A DNA stretch of 64,000 bases from the NCBI GenBank assembly GCA_022729235.1, contig JALDAJ010000001.1, forward strand, positions 160,001 through 224,000, in the 5' to 3' direction. The notes beneath the pieces were generated by a model, which saw only the letters and a program-made list of their open reading frames with translations, was not told the DNA's origin and did not search any database. Below, piece after piece: positions 9,725 to 19,539 of this stretch. Numbering within the stretch: the stretch's first letter is position 1; each line of letters begins with the position of its first letter. Position numbers and translations under genes: made by a program. This DNA comes from Candidatus Nanohalarchaeota archaeon (GTDB lineage Archaea; Nanohalarchaeota; Nanosalinia; Nanosalinales; Nanosalinaceae).

Positions 9725-10369
9725 ATGAAAGGGCAGACCCAGGCGCTTACTGCTGTCATGATAACGACTGTGACTATAGGGGCGATAGCTACTGCCTATG
9801 TCTGGGGAACACCGCTTCTGGAGAAGCAGCAGAGCCAGGCACAGCTCCAGGAGGTTGAGAGATCGGTGATAAATCTTAAAGATGATATACTCTCCATCTC
9901 GAACAGCGGTGAAGGAACTACAACTGAAGTAGAGATAGATGTTGACAGTGGCAGGGTCGAAGTAAATCCTGAAGAAAACTATATCGACATCACCACTAAC
10001 ACTAGAAGACCGCCTTACCCGCCAGGACGGTGGACGCTGATCGAAGGTGAAAGACTGCAGAACCTTAGTATCGGTGAGGGAAGTTATGCTCTGAAAGAAT
10101 CCGACCTGCCCGGCGTGGTAGCAGTCAGGGCTGCATCAGGCACTGGTGATACAGTCATCACCTACCGTGTAGAGTTCAGGAACATGTATACTGAAACACC
10201 AGCCGGTCCTGAACTGGAGCTTGTTGATTTGCAGACAATAGGTGCGGAGACTGCTACAGACACAGTCAGGGTTCTTATATCCAATGATGGAGAAAGAAAG
10301 GACAGTATAGACGTGAACGGAGAAAACCTGCAGAGAACAAGTACGGAAATAGAGATAGATCTTAGGTGA
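9725..10369 (+). CDS. minor pilin-like protein
   Basis: MKG|QTQALTAVMIT followed by a hydrophobic helix and AYVWGTPLLEK. Confidence 0.8.
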   Translation: MKGQTQALTAVMITTVTIGAIATAYVWGTPLLEKQQSQAQLQEVERSVINLKDDILSISNSGEGTTTEVEIDVDSGRVEVNPEENYIDITTNTRRPPYPPGRWTLIEGERLQNLSIGEGSYALKESDLPGVVAVRAASGTGDTVITYRVEFRNMYTETPAGPELELVDLQTIGAETATDTVRVLISNDGERKDSIDVNGENLQRTSTEIEIDLR

Positions 10370-10375
10370 GCAAAT

Positions 10376-10771
10376 TTGAAAGGACAGTACCTTGCAGTGG
10401 AAAGCGTATTAACCCTGGGGATGGGTCTGGTAGTTGCTATCGGAACAGTATCCGCATTCTCAAGTTACAGGAGCGGAGTGCTGGATATGGCAGGAGAAAG
10501 ACAGGTAGACATCATAGAAGCGGAACTCGCCTCGGCGGTATACAGTCTAGAAGGCGTTGAATCAGGCGAACTGGAAGTTAAGCTCCCTGAAGACATCGGC
10601 GGGCAGGGATACCAGATAGTATTTGACGACGGTATAAAGATACTTGTGAACAACCAGGAATATGTTACGGAACTCGAACACTTCAGTGATAAGGAGTTCC
10701 AGGGTTCGGTTGAAGGCGGTCCAGTAAAAGTATTCAAAAGCGGAGACCAATTTACACTGGGTGCTGACTGA
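10376..10771 (+). CDS. minor pilin-like protein
   Basis: TTG start after SD AGGTGA; MKG|QYLAVESVL with Glu near +5/+6 and a hydrophobic helix. Confidence 0.78.
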   Translation: MKGQYLAVESVLTLGMGLVVAIGTVSAFSSYRSGVLDMAGERQVDIIEAELASAVYSLEGVESGELEVKLPEDIGGQGYQIVFDDGIKILVNNQEYVTELEHFSDKEFQGSVEGGPVKVFKSGDQFTLGAD

Positions 10772-12486
10772 TGAGCATGAACTTTGCCGGTCTTGTGAAA
10801 CGCCTGCAAAAGGCTAACCATCCTGAATTATACGAGAAGGATGAAGAGGAAACAGAAGAGATATCAGAGGAAGGAGTGAAGCTTCCGGCTCCAGGAAGTT
10901 TCCAGCCAGAGATGGTGACGGAAGAGGAGGAAGACGGGGAATCCATGACCGACGTAGATGTGTCATATCCCTTGATACCCAAGAACCCTGAATCAGGGGA
11001 TATAGTGTATGCGTGGGCTCACATAAGCTGGGATGAAAAAAACGGGGAACTACGATACAGGGTCATAGAACCCGAACTGAACCCTGAAACAGAGAGGATA
11101 CTTGAGAAGATAAAGAGTATACTGGAGAGAAGCTTCGATGTAAACTTCACCGAGCTCGAAACAGAGGAGGCTGACAGGTACCTGTCCGAGAAAATCGATA
11201 TGATTGTAGACAAATACAACATATCCCTTACAGATCAGCAGAGAGATGTAATCCGGTACTACTCTTACCGTGACTTCGCCGGACTGGGCAGGCTACAGCC
11301 ATTGATGAACGACAAGGAAGTGGAGGATATATCCTGCGACGGAAACGGCATACCGGTCTATGTCTACCACCGTAACCCACGATTCGGTTCTATCAAGACC
11401 AATGTAACCTGGGATGAAGAAGAGGTGCTCGACAGTTTCGTTATGAAACTGGCGCAGAGGTGCGGTCGTTCCATATCCGTATCAGAACCTCTGCTCGACG
11501 GTTCACTTCCCGATGGTTCACGTGTCCAGGCTACCCTCGCAACAGATATCGCCAGGAAAGGAAGCAACTTTACGATAAGACGTTTCACAGAGGATCCATT
11601 AACCCCTATACATATGATGGACTTCGAGACGGAGAACGCGCAGATGCTGAGCTATCTCTGGACTCTCGTAGAACACGGCAAGTCGATACTGGTAGCAGGA
11701 ACCACCGGAGCGGGTAAAACATCGCAGTTGAACGCACTATCACTTTTCATACGACCGGAGAAGAAAATCGTCTCCATCGAGGACACGCCGGAACTCCGGT
11801 TGCCGCACGACCACTGGGTGCCAGAGGTCGCAAGAAGCGGGTTCGGTTCCAGCGCGGAGGAAGGTGGAGAGGTATCAATGGACGACCTGCTGAAAGAGTC
11901 GCTGCGCCAGCGCCCGGAGTACATCATAGTCGGTGAGGTCAGGGGTGAAGAAGCATACATCCTGTTCCAGCAGATGGCAACTGGACACACAGGATTATCG
12001 ACAATCCACGCTGACTCCCTTGGCATGCTTATGGACCGCCTGACAACTAACCCTATCAACCTGTCACCAAGCCTTATAGAGACCCTGGACGCGGTAATGC
12101 TGATATCGAGAATCCGTCGTGGCGATACGTATGTCAGGCGTATCAAGGGCTTATACGAGGTTGAAGGATATGACAAGAGAAAAGGTATAGACGCAAACAA
12201 GGTCTTTGAATGGGACCCGAAAGAGGATACGTACGAAGTAGCTAACAATTCCATGCTCCTGAAAGAGATAGTCCATGAGACAGGGATGAGTGAAAAAGAA
12301 ATCCAGAAAGAACTTGTGAACCGTCAGCACGTACTTGAATGGATGCAGGAAGAGCAACACAAGCATTACAGGAAGGTCGGAGACATAATATCCCGCTACT
12401 ACTCGAACCCGCGGTCGGTACTGGAGAAAGTCGGGCAAAGCTTAAACTCGGAGCAAGACCAAATCAAAGTACAGGAGAATGCTTGA
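10771..12486 (+). CDS. type IV pilus assembly ATPase (TadA/VirB11/ArlI family)
   Basis: EDISCDG, GTTGAGKT, SIEDTPEL, LRQRPEYIIVGEVRG and TGH...TIHA motifs. Confidence 0.96.
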   Translation: MSMNFAGLVKRLQKANHPELYEKDEEETEEISEEGVKLPAPGSFQPEMVTEEEEDGESMTDVDVSYPLIPKNPESGDIVYAWAHISWDEKNGELRYRVIEPELNPETERILEKIKSILERSFDVNFTELETEEADRYLSEKIDMIVDKYNISLTDQQRDVIRYYSYRDFAGLGRLQPLMNDKEVEDISCDGNGIPVYVYHRNPRFGSIKTNVTWDEEEVLDSFVMKLAQRCGRSISVSEPLLDGSLPDGSRVQATLATDIARKGSNFTIRRFTEDPLTPIHMMDFETENAQMLSYLWTLVEHGKSILVAGTTGAGKTSQLNALSLFIRPEKKIVSIEDTPELRLPHDHWVPEVARSGFGSSAEEGGEVSMDDLLKESLRQRPEYIIVGEVRGEEAYILFQQMATGHTGLSTIHADSLGMLMDRLTTNPINLSPSLIETLDAVMLISRIRRGDTYVRRIKGLYEVEGYDKRKGIDANKVFEWDPKEDTYEVANNSMLLKEIVHETGMSEKEIQKELVNRQHVLEWMQEEQHKHYRKVGDIISRYYSNPRSVLEKVGQSLNSEQDQIKVQENA

Positions 12487-13351
12487 GGAGTATGCAGAGT
12501 TCTGCTACGATCAGATCGGTAGCTACGTGCTCGACTATCTTAACTACTTTGAAGACCTTAGACCGCAGATATCAAAGGCTAACATAGGTGTATCGCTGCC
12601 AGAGTACGTGGCGATGCTGGTATTCTCGACCATGGTAAGCACCGTCTTCAGTCTTTTCGTTATCGGCGGCATACTTACCCTGGGGTCCGGGATTACAGGA
12701 GGCATCATGGCAGTGGCGGTCTCACTTGTCATAGGAGTTGCGACCATGCTGATGTTCTACCTCTACCCCTCCCTGGTGATAAGGAACAGGGCGACCAAGA
12801 TACGCGATAAACTACCCTTTGCAACCATGTACATGTCAACTCTCGCAGGGACCGGGACCTCTCTATCAGAACTGTTCTCTATCCTGGCAGAACAGGAAGA
12901 ATACGGAGAAGTCGCCCAGGAGGCGGAAAAAATCAGTCGTGACATCGAAACATTCGGTATGGACATAAGCGAGGCTCTGAAAAACGCCGCTGATAGGACA
13001 CCGAGCAAGGAATTCAAGGAGCTCATGTGGGGGATGAACCACGTCATAACCTCCGGCGGATCGCTCAGAGAGTTCTTGCAGGAGCGCTCAAGGACACTGA
13101 TGAACGACTACCAGCGCAGGGTCGAAGAATTCGCCGAACAGCTGGGTCTCCTGGTAGAGATGTATATCACACTTGTTATCGTCGGATCCATCATCTTCAC
13201 CTCAATGAGCGCAGTGATGAGCTCGTTCACCACTTACCCTCCTGAATTCATAGTAGGTATCCAGATTCTGTCCATCTTCTTCGGACTACCTCTTATATCC
13301 GCGATGTTCATAATACTCGTAAAAGGCATGGCTCCCGGAGGCGTTAGATAG
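12479..13351 (+). CDS. type IV pilus membrane platform protein (TadC/T2SSF)
   Basis: TM helices plus LPFATMYMSTLA, YGEVAQE and RTPSKEF; follows the ATPase. Confidence 0.92.
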   Translation: MLEEYAEFCYDQIGSYVLDYLNYFEDLRPQISKANIGVSLPEYVAMLVFSTMVSTVFSLFVIGGILTLGSGITGGIMAVAVSLVIGVATMLMFYLYPSLVIRNRATKIRDKLPFATMYMSTLAGTGTSLSELFSILAEQEEYGEVAQEAEKISRDIETFGMDISEALKNAADRTPSKEFKELMWGMNHVITSGGSLREFLQERSRTLMNDYQRRVEEFAEQLGLLVEMYITLVIVGSIIFTSMSAVMSSFTTYPPEFIVGIQILSIFFGLPLISAMFIILVKGMAPGGVR

Positions 13352-13370
13352 TGAACAGAGGTGATAACCT

Positions 13371-14402
13371 ATTATAGACTTCTTCAAGGAAGATGAATAC
13401 GAACACGGATACTCTCCCGAAGATAAAGCTGTACTCGGGTCCATCGCCCTGGGAGCGTTCCTGATAATAACAGGGATCGGGGTATACATCACAGTATCAC
13501 CGCAGACAGGGGGCGCCCTACTGATACTTGGACTGATAGTGGGTATACTACCCTACTCCATCATATCATTCCTGAAGAACCGTGCCATAAGAGAGATGGA
13601 GGACCAGTTTCCTTCCTTCCTTAAAGACCTCGCAGAGTCCAAGAGAGGTGGTATGACTATCCTCCAGGCATTCGGATCCGCCCGAGACACTGATTACGGG
13701 AGATTGAACAGCGAGATAGAGAAGATACACAACGAACTGACCTGGGGAATACCTTTCCCAAGAGTTATGGAAAGGTTCTCGAAGAGGATGAAAGATTCTG
13801 CGGTAATCCAGGAATCAGTCTCCATCCTGCTCCAGAGCTTCAAGAGCGGTGGAAACATAACAAAGACCATCGAGGCAATAGGCGAGGACGCATCTAAATT
13901 AAAGGAGACCATCCAGAAGAAAGATTCGAAGATAAAGCAACAGGTTTTCATAATGTACATCATCTACTTCCTGTTCATCGGCATCACCATAGGAATCTAC
14001 GTGATGCTGGCTCAACTACTCGGCCTTGGAGACCCTGGCGGGGGAGCTCTAGACGGGATCGAAGATGATTTCCTTGGAGAAGGTCAGCAGGAAGCGGTAA
14101 ACTTCTGTAGTGGAGAAATAATCGCCGCAACACCTCTATGTGAGACAGCCAAACTCTTCGGGTTCGTGCCTTCAGAGGTAACCGACTTCACAAGCGAGTT
14201 CGCAGTGGAACACAACTACGGGAACATGGCTTACTACAAATCCTTGCTTTTCTGGATGCTGATGATACAGGGTGTAGCAACCGGGGCAGTAGCAGGGCAG
14301 ATCAGTGAGGGCTCCCCAAGTGCAGGGGTCAAACACGCACTGATAATGCTCCCAGTAGCATTCATAGTATTCATGTACGCGGTAGGACTGGCAGGTGTGT
14401 GA
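13371..14402 (+). CDS. second TadC/T2SSF platform protein, probable ATT start
   Basis: EDQFPSFLKDLAESKRGG, DYGRL and SGGN motifs. The frame is open from 13368 and adds two TM helices. SD GAGGTGA lies 6 nt before ATT at 13371. Confidence 0.88.
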   Translation: MIDFFKEDEYEHGYSPEDKAVLGSIALGAFLIITGIGVYITVSPQTGGALLILGLIVGILPYSIISFLKNRAIREMEDQFPSFLKDLAESKRGGMTILQAFGSARDTDYGRLNSEIEKIHNELTWGIPFPRVMERFSKRMKDSAVIQESVSILLQSFKSGGNITKTIEAIGEDASKLKETIQKKDSKIKQQVFIMYIIYFLFIGITIGIYVMLAQLLGLGDPGGGALDGIEDDFLGEGQQEAVNFCSGEIIAATPLCETAKLFGFVPSEVTDFTSEFAVEHNYGNMAYYKSLLFWMLMIQGVATGAVAGQISEGSPSAGVKHALIMLPVAFIVFMYAVGLAGV

Positions 14403-14427
14403 CAATGGTAACAGGAGGAGGTCCAAG

Positions 14428-15282
14428 TTGAAAGGTCAGATAAACCTTGAATTCCTGGCAGCCGCGTTCATATACATGGCAGCACTTGGAGGGATTGTAC
14501 TTGCAGGTCAGGGCGTCCTACCCGCATTCACGGGTGACGTGAAGGAGGCATCTCTGCACCTGGAAGCTCGACAGGTATCAACCGAGATGCTGACCACACC
14601 AGGGGCGCACTCATTTCCAGAGGTAGACGAACAAGAATGGGAGTACAATGACACGACCATCGAGCAAACAACCTCATTTGGACTCGCCTCCGACTTTCTT
14701 GTCGTTGAGAGAGATAAACTGGAATCTATAAAGACCGTGGACCACCGTGAAGAGGATAACTACTTCAACTACACACAGTTCAGGGATGTCACAGATGCTG
14801 ATCACCAGTACAGGTTTGAATTTACCTGGATGCCTCTCATAAACACCAGCGGCAGCTTTACGCGCGGAGAAGGAGACCAGAACGACCCTGAAATAGATGA
14901 ACCTCTATCAGGAGAAAGAGGGGAATACTACAACACGTCAGGAAACGTTGTCCACTACGGCAAGGAAACTCTCAATAGAAGAGACTACTACTTCCTCGTC
15001 ACTTCCCATGACGGCGTGTTCAACACAACCTACGTATCAGAAACCCGGGACTTCCAGGGTAGAAGCCCGATAGGTGTCGGTGATACTTTCACCCACGGTG
15101 ACGAACCATTCGAAATCGAAAGATTCCAGAACAGAGAGAACAAGCCCGGAACGATGCTAATCGTTTCCAGACACATCAAAACCTTCGGATCAAATCCGGG
15201 AGAGGAGACCCGGGTGGTAAACCTGAACCGGTACGCGGTAATGGATAACGAACCATTGAAGGTGAAAACGCTGGTATGGTAG
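14428..15282 (+). CDS. pilin-like protein
   Basis: TTG start after SD AGGAGGAGGT; MKG|QINLEFLAAAFIY (Glu at +5). Confidence 0.8.
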   Translation: MKGQINLEFLAAAFIYMAALGGIVLAGQGVLPAFTGDVKEASLHLEARQVSTEMLTTPGAHSFPEVDEQEWEYNDTTIEQTTSFGLASDFLVVERDKLESIKTVDHREEDNYFNYTQFRDVTDADHQYRFEFTWMPLINTSGSFTRGEGDQNDPEIDEPLSGERGEYYNTSGNVVHYGKETLNRRDYYFLVTSHDGVFNTTYVSETRDFQGRSPIGVGDTFTHGDEPFEIERFQNRENKPGTMLIVSRHIKTFGSNPGEETRVVNLNRYAVMDNEPLKVKTLVW

Positions 15283-17030
15283 ATACATCTTTGTACCGAA
15301 ACCTGTTTGAGAGGTTCCCTCAACGGGGACGTGACAGAAAAGGACTCGGATACAATATCGAGGCATTCGTCGCAGTCCTGACACTGTTTGTGTTCGCTTT
15401 AGGGAGTCTACAGTCTCCTGCAGACGTTGACTGGACCGAATTCCAGACAGAAGTAGCTGCAAAAGACGCGGGCTATGTGCTGAAAGAAACAGGAACTCTG
15501 GATGAACTACTTGAAAGAGGAGAAACCGGGTCAATACAGACAGCAGCGTCCACGATAACAGGTGACCAACTCCAGGTATCAGGAAACGTTAGAGGTCTTC
15601 CGATCGGAGAGCACAGGATAGGCTTCCACGTGAACGATGACGGGATAGACGACTTCGAGACCGAGCAGGTAAGCGGTAGTTGTGAGGGCGAACTAGAGGA
15701 AATAGAAGAGACTACTGACGAGGACGTAATGAAGACTCAGGAAACGGAACACGGAGTACACCTCTACATCGCAGATGCGGACCCGGAAGTTGTCGGCGAT
15801 TCAGAGCCCGAGGAAAACAGGTACGACTCGGTATGGGTTGACAACGGCACACAGTGCCAGTTCGCCGCGGCAGACGGACCTTACTACATGGACGAATTCT
15901 TCTGGTGGGGTGACGGGGATGAAGGCACATACTACGATATAGAGCATATATCCGAAGACGGGGACTACTTAACCCTCTACGAGGCGGATCAGCCTGTAAG
16001 ATTCAAGAACACTGCCGGCAGTAGCGTGAACAATATAAAAACCGACGTGAGATTCGATACCTTCAACTTCTCCAAACCTGACCTGTCGACATATGACGTA
16101 CTGGTATTCCGCAGGGAAGAAACACTGGAACTTATCGAAAACAATGAGGACAAAGAAACTGAGGTACTGGAATTTCTAGAAGACGGGTCTGTCCTGTTCC
16201 TGGTGGACCTTGAAGAAGATAACTTCGGCGACCCAGGAGACAACTTCATGTCGAGAGCAGGTCTGGAATGGCTGGATCTTGACTGGGAAGGAAACATAGA
16301 AGGCGCAGGTTTTTCCGACACCCGGGACTCAAGAGATGTAAGAAATCTGTTCGAAGGTCAGAACCCAGAGGAAGACGTATCCCTTCTCCCCGGAGGTGAT
16401 ATCTCGTCAGGAGATAGAGAACTGGTGTACGCAGGCAGCGGGTTCTACGACACTACTCCCTGGAACGCAACCAATACTTCTGCAGAAGAGATAGAAGAGG
16501 GAGACCTCCCGGAAGGTGTTCCCGAAAGCGACTGCACCGATGAAAACTGGAACTACTGGAAAGCAGAGTTCATCTTTCCAGACGATGAATACTTCGTATA
16601 CGGTTCACGACTTGAATGCGATGATAACATATGGAGCATGAGTATAGACCTAGACAAAAACGGGCAGATAGAAGACGAACAGGTACTCCTGGAAGGAGAT
16701 ACAGTGGATGTGGATGGGAGAGAACATCACGTGGTCAGCCACCTGTCAAACGGTGCGGACTTCGTATACATCGAAAACCAGCTCATAGAACTGGTGAACC
16801 ACCGCACCGAGTTCCCTGACCGAGACATACATAAATTTGCGCGGGCTGGCTATCAAGAAGAATACGAACCCCAGGACCGGGAACTGCTTTCAGCCGTGAT
16901 TTACTGGCTAGCAATGGAGGAAAAACAGTTTGGTCCCGAACAAACTGCGGCGACAACCACGACCGTAGTAGGAGGTATAAAAAACGAGGTATACATGCCC
17001 TACAGAGTCGACCTGAGGTGGGAGAGATGA
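15276..17030 (+). CDS. large pilin-like / putative adhesin
   Basis: RKG|LGYNIEAFVAVL followed by a TM helix and a ~540-aa acidic extracellular region. Confidence 0.72.
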   Translation: MVDTSLYRNLFERFPQRGRDRKGLGYNIEAFVAVLTLFVFALGSLQSPADVDWTEFQTEVAAKDAGYVLKETGTLDELLERGETGSIQTAASTITGDQLQVSGNVRGLPIGEHRIGFHVNDDGIDDFETEQVSGSCEGELEEIEETTDEDVMKTQETEHGVHLYIADADPEVVGDSEPEENRYDSVWVDNGTQCQFAAADGPYYMDEFFWWGDGDEGTYYDIEHISEDGDYLTLYEADQPVRFKNTAGSSVNNIKTDVRFDTFNFSKPDLSTYDVLVFRREETLELIENNEDKETEVLEFLEDGSVLFLVDLEEDNFGDPGDNFMSRAGLEWLDLDWEGNIEGAGFSDTRDSRDVRNLFEGQNPEEDVSLLPGGDISSGDRELVYAGSGFYDTTPWNATNTSAEEIEEGDLPEGVPESDCTDENWNYWKAEFIFPDDEYFVYGSRLECDDNIWSMSIDLDKNGQIEDEQVLLEGDTVDVDGREHHVVSHLSNGADFVYIENQLIELVNHRTEFPDRDIHKFARAGYQEEYEPQDRELLSAVIYWLAMEEKQFGPEQTAATTTTVVGGIKNEVYMPYRVDLRWER

Positions 17031-17359
17031 CCACCTCCAAGGGACAGTTCTTGCTGATATCCGCCATAATTATAGGTGTCCTGCTGATATCCGCATCATC
17101 AACTATCGCAGAAATCCAGGCACAGGAGTTCACCCATAACCCGCCATCGTACGAAATCAACATGATACACCAGGAAGCAGAAAAAGTAGATCCGGCAAAC
17201 AGAGAGGAACGTGAAAGCTTCAAGGAGTTGGTGGACAGCATACCCGGTTATACCTCCAGAGCGGAAGCATGGGACGGAGACGGCGATGGGATATACAACT
17301 GTTTCAACGTGACCCTGCAAAAACCGGGAGCTGTTCTCCGGATGAACTGTATTGACTAG
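17027..17359 (+). CDS. small pilin-like protein
   Basis: ATGA overlap with the previous gene; MTTSKG|QFLLISAII and a C-terminal Cys pair. Confidence 0.78.
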   Translation: MTTSKGQFLLISAIIIGVLLISASSTIAEIQAQEFTHNPPSYEINMIHQEAEKVDPANREERESFKELVDSIPGYTSRAEAWDGDGDGIYNCFNVTLQKPGAVLRMNCID

Positions 17360-18540
17360 AACTCCTGGATAAATTCTACCTGTTCATCTGAAAGATCGAG
17401 TTGCTCTGCTACCTCAGGATTATGAGCTATAACCCTGGACAGAAACGGCATCATCTGCTTTGAATCCTTTGAGGAGACGTGAAGTCTCTCACCCAGCTTT
17501 TTACCAAGTTCCTGAAGCTTATTCCGTGAAGCCCGGGAAGCACCCATACGCTGTATCTTTGAGGGATACTGGTAGCGCGTCCAGCCCTCGTACTTCTCCT
17601 CCTTGCCGAGAGCCACACCTACCGTCGATAACAGGTAGACATACTTCAAAAGCTTCCAGTTCTGCGTGCTACGAATCCTTCCATTGAAAACATCAGCCTG
17701 TGAAATACGGTTGTACGCCTCCGCAACGTCCCTCTCTTTCTGGTATTCACGCGGAACATTCTCTCTCAACCACTGCATAAACGTGTCCGCGTCCTCGTCA
17801 AGATCATCTGTCGCCTGGCTAGCCGTTCTAGCAGTAGTGGTCTTGAAAACTATCTTCAACGCCTCGAAAACATCTTTCTCAGAGTCACGGTAGCCCAGTG
17901 AACCAAGGTCATCAGTAGTCAGTTCTTCGCGACCCCTCGCCACTGACTCAAGATCGTTTATCGCAGACCTCATCTGTCCTCCAGCCTGCCTCGCGATACG
18001 CTTCACTGCATTCTCCTCATAAGATATTCCCTCCTCCTCAAGCACCTGCTTCAGGTGAGCCGTGATAGAATTAGTGTGGACCGAACCGATTTCAATCATC
18101 TTCGACTTCTCCCGCAGCGAACGTATCTTCGAATCATACGCATCATTAGCAGTCATAACCACGGGGAACCGGGACTCATCTACGATACGGTTCAACTCCT
18201 GCGTCCCACCCCTATCCGAGACGCCCATACCGTCAACCTCATCTATCAATATAAGTTTCTGTGAGCCGAAGAACGATGCCTGACGTGTCGCCTCCTTCAA
18301 TTCAGACTTCAACTTCTTCTTCGTACGGACATCAGAGGCGTTAGTCTCCACCAGCTCGTAGCCCAAATCATTCGCCAGCGCTTCCACCAGCGAAGTCTTA
18401 CCTGTCCCTGCCTGCCCATGGAGCAGTACCGGTCCATCGCCCTGCTCCCACTGCTCTATATGCTCCTTCAACTCCTTCTTCTGCTTCGAAGCACCACGGT
18501 ACTCATCCAGCGATTCAGGTCTGTACTTCTCTGTCCAGAT
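17356..18540 (-). CDS. rfcL: replication factor C large subunit, probable ATC start
   Basis: The frame extends upstream of 18471 to xWTEKYRP. Also GQAGTGKT, ETNASD and LIDEVDG motifs. Confidence 0.94.
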   Translation of the reverse strand: MWTEKYRPESLDEYRGASKQKKELKEHIEQWEQGDGPVLLHGQAGTGKTSLVEALANDLGYELVETNASDVRTKKKLKSELKEATRQASFFGSQKLILIDEVDGMGVSDRGGTQELNRIVDESRFPVVMTANDAYDSKIRSLREKSKMIEIGSVHTNSITAHLKQVLEEEGISYEENAVKRIARQAGGQMRSAINDLESVARGREELTTDDLGSLGYRDSEKDVFEALKIVFKTTTARTASQATDDLDEDADTFMQWLRENVPREYQKERDVAEAYNRISQADVFNGRIRSTQNWKLLKYVYLLSTVGVALGKEEKYEGWTRYQYPSKIQRMGASRASRNKLQELGKKLGERLHVSSKDSKQMMPFLSRVIAHNPEVAEQLDLSDEQVEFIQEF

Positions 18541-18541
18541 C

Positions 18542-19534
18542 CTATTTCACCTCATCAAAGACTTGTCTGTATTTATTTAACTCCTCATCGGGATCTCCCG
18601 TCTTCTCAGCCGCAAGGTAAAAGATTGCTTCAAAACCTTCTCTCACTGACCCAACTCTTATGGTACTCTTGTACTCCTCGTCAACCTCTTCTAGATCTTC
18701 TAGATCTTCTAAATCGATATCACGATCCACGTAACTCCCGAAATCGATTACTTCATCAGTAAACTCTCCATAAGGATCCATGAGAATCTGTGTCTGACCA
18801 TCTCTAAGATTGAAATACTCAGGTGGTTTGTCATCGAAAAACAGACCATATCCATTTTCATGACCTGACTTATCTGCCTCTATCTCAAGTCCTGTGACAA
18901 AAGGATGAGTTAATATCCCCTTCTCTTCAAGATAATCTCTAATCGCCTGCTCTAAACCATCTGAAATACTGTATTCATCTGCTTCAGTCAGAGCGTCCGC
19001 GTCTTTGTCATATATTTCCTCGTTATCCGACCTCGTGGTAACTACGTCGAATAAACCTATATAATCTGGATCCATCTGATTTAAAGCCTCTAACCCGGTT
19101 AAAGTGGCGTCTCTGTCAAGGAGTTCGAACTCCGCATCTCCCATGAACTCGCTGTTTATTACTTCATGGAAACCCGGCCAGTATTCACCTTCAAACTCTT
19201 CCGGTTCATAATCTTTTCTCTCCGCTATAAAATCTTCGCCGTGCATGAAAAGTTCAAATTCAAGACCGTTATCCCAGGACCTGAGTTTGGACAAAAACTT
19301 TATCCACGGATCGAGATCCCAGCCTCTGAAAGACTCCTCCATTATTTCCAGACCTTCAGAACCCTCTTTAACTAGTTCCTTACGTTCATGACCAGTTTCT
19401 TCAGCAGCACGCTCCAGTTCACCGAAAGAATAGTTCTCTTCAACAAATTCTGCAAGGCCTTCCCTGACAACAGCGGTGTTATCCTCAAGAGTCCCTTCCA
19501 GGTCTACCGCCACGTTCACCGCTTCTGCAGACAT
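18542..19534 (-). CDS. acidic HAD-superfamily-like protein
   Basis: VAVDLEGTL (motif I variant), VVTTR (motif II) and FFDD (motif IV). Confidence 0.6.
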   Translation of the reverse strand: MSAEAVNVAVDLEGTLEDNTAVVREGLAEFVEENYSFGELERAAEETGHERKELVKEGSEGLEIMEESFRGWDLDPWIKFLSKLRSWDNGLEFELFMHGEDFIAERKDYEPEEFEGEYWPGFHEVINSEFMGDAEFELLDRDATLTGLEALNQMDPDYIGLFDVVTTRSDNEEIYDKDADALTEADEYSISDGLEQAIRDYLEEKGILTHPFVTGLEIEADKSGHENGYGLFFDDKPPEYFNLRDGQTQILMDPYGEFTDEVIDFGSYVDRDIDLEDLEDLEEVDEEYKSTIRVGSVREGFEAIFYLAAEKTGDPDEELNKYRQVFDEVK

Positions 19535-19539
19535 TCTAG

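Noticed and set aside
8598-14402. Archaellum operon
   Set aside because: No arlF/G/H genes, and two separate TadC genes rather than a single ArlJ.
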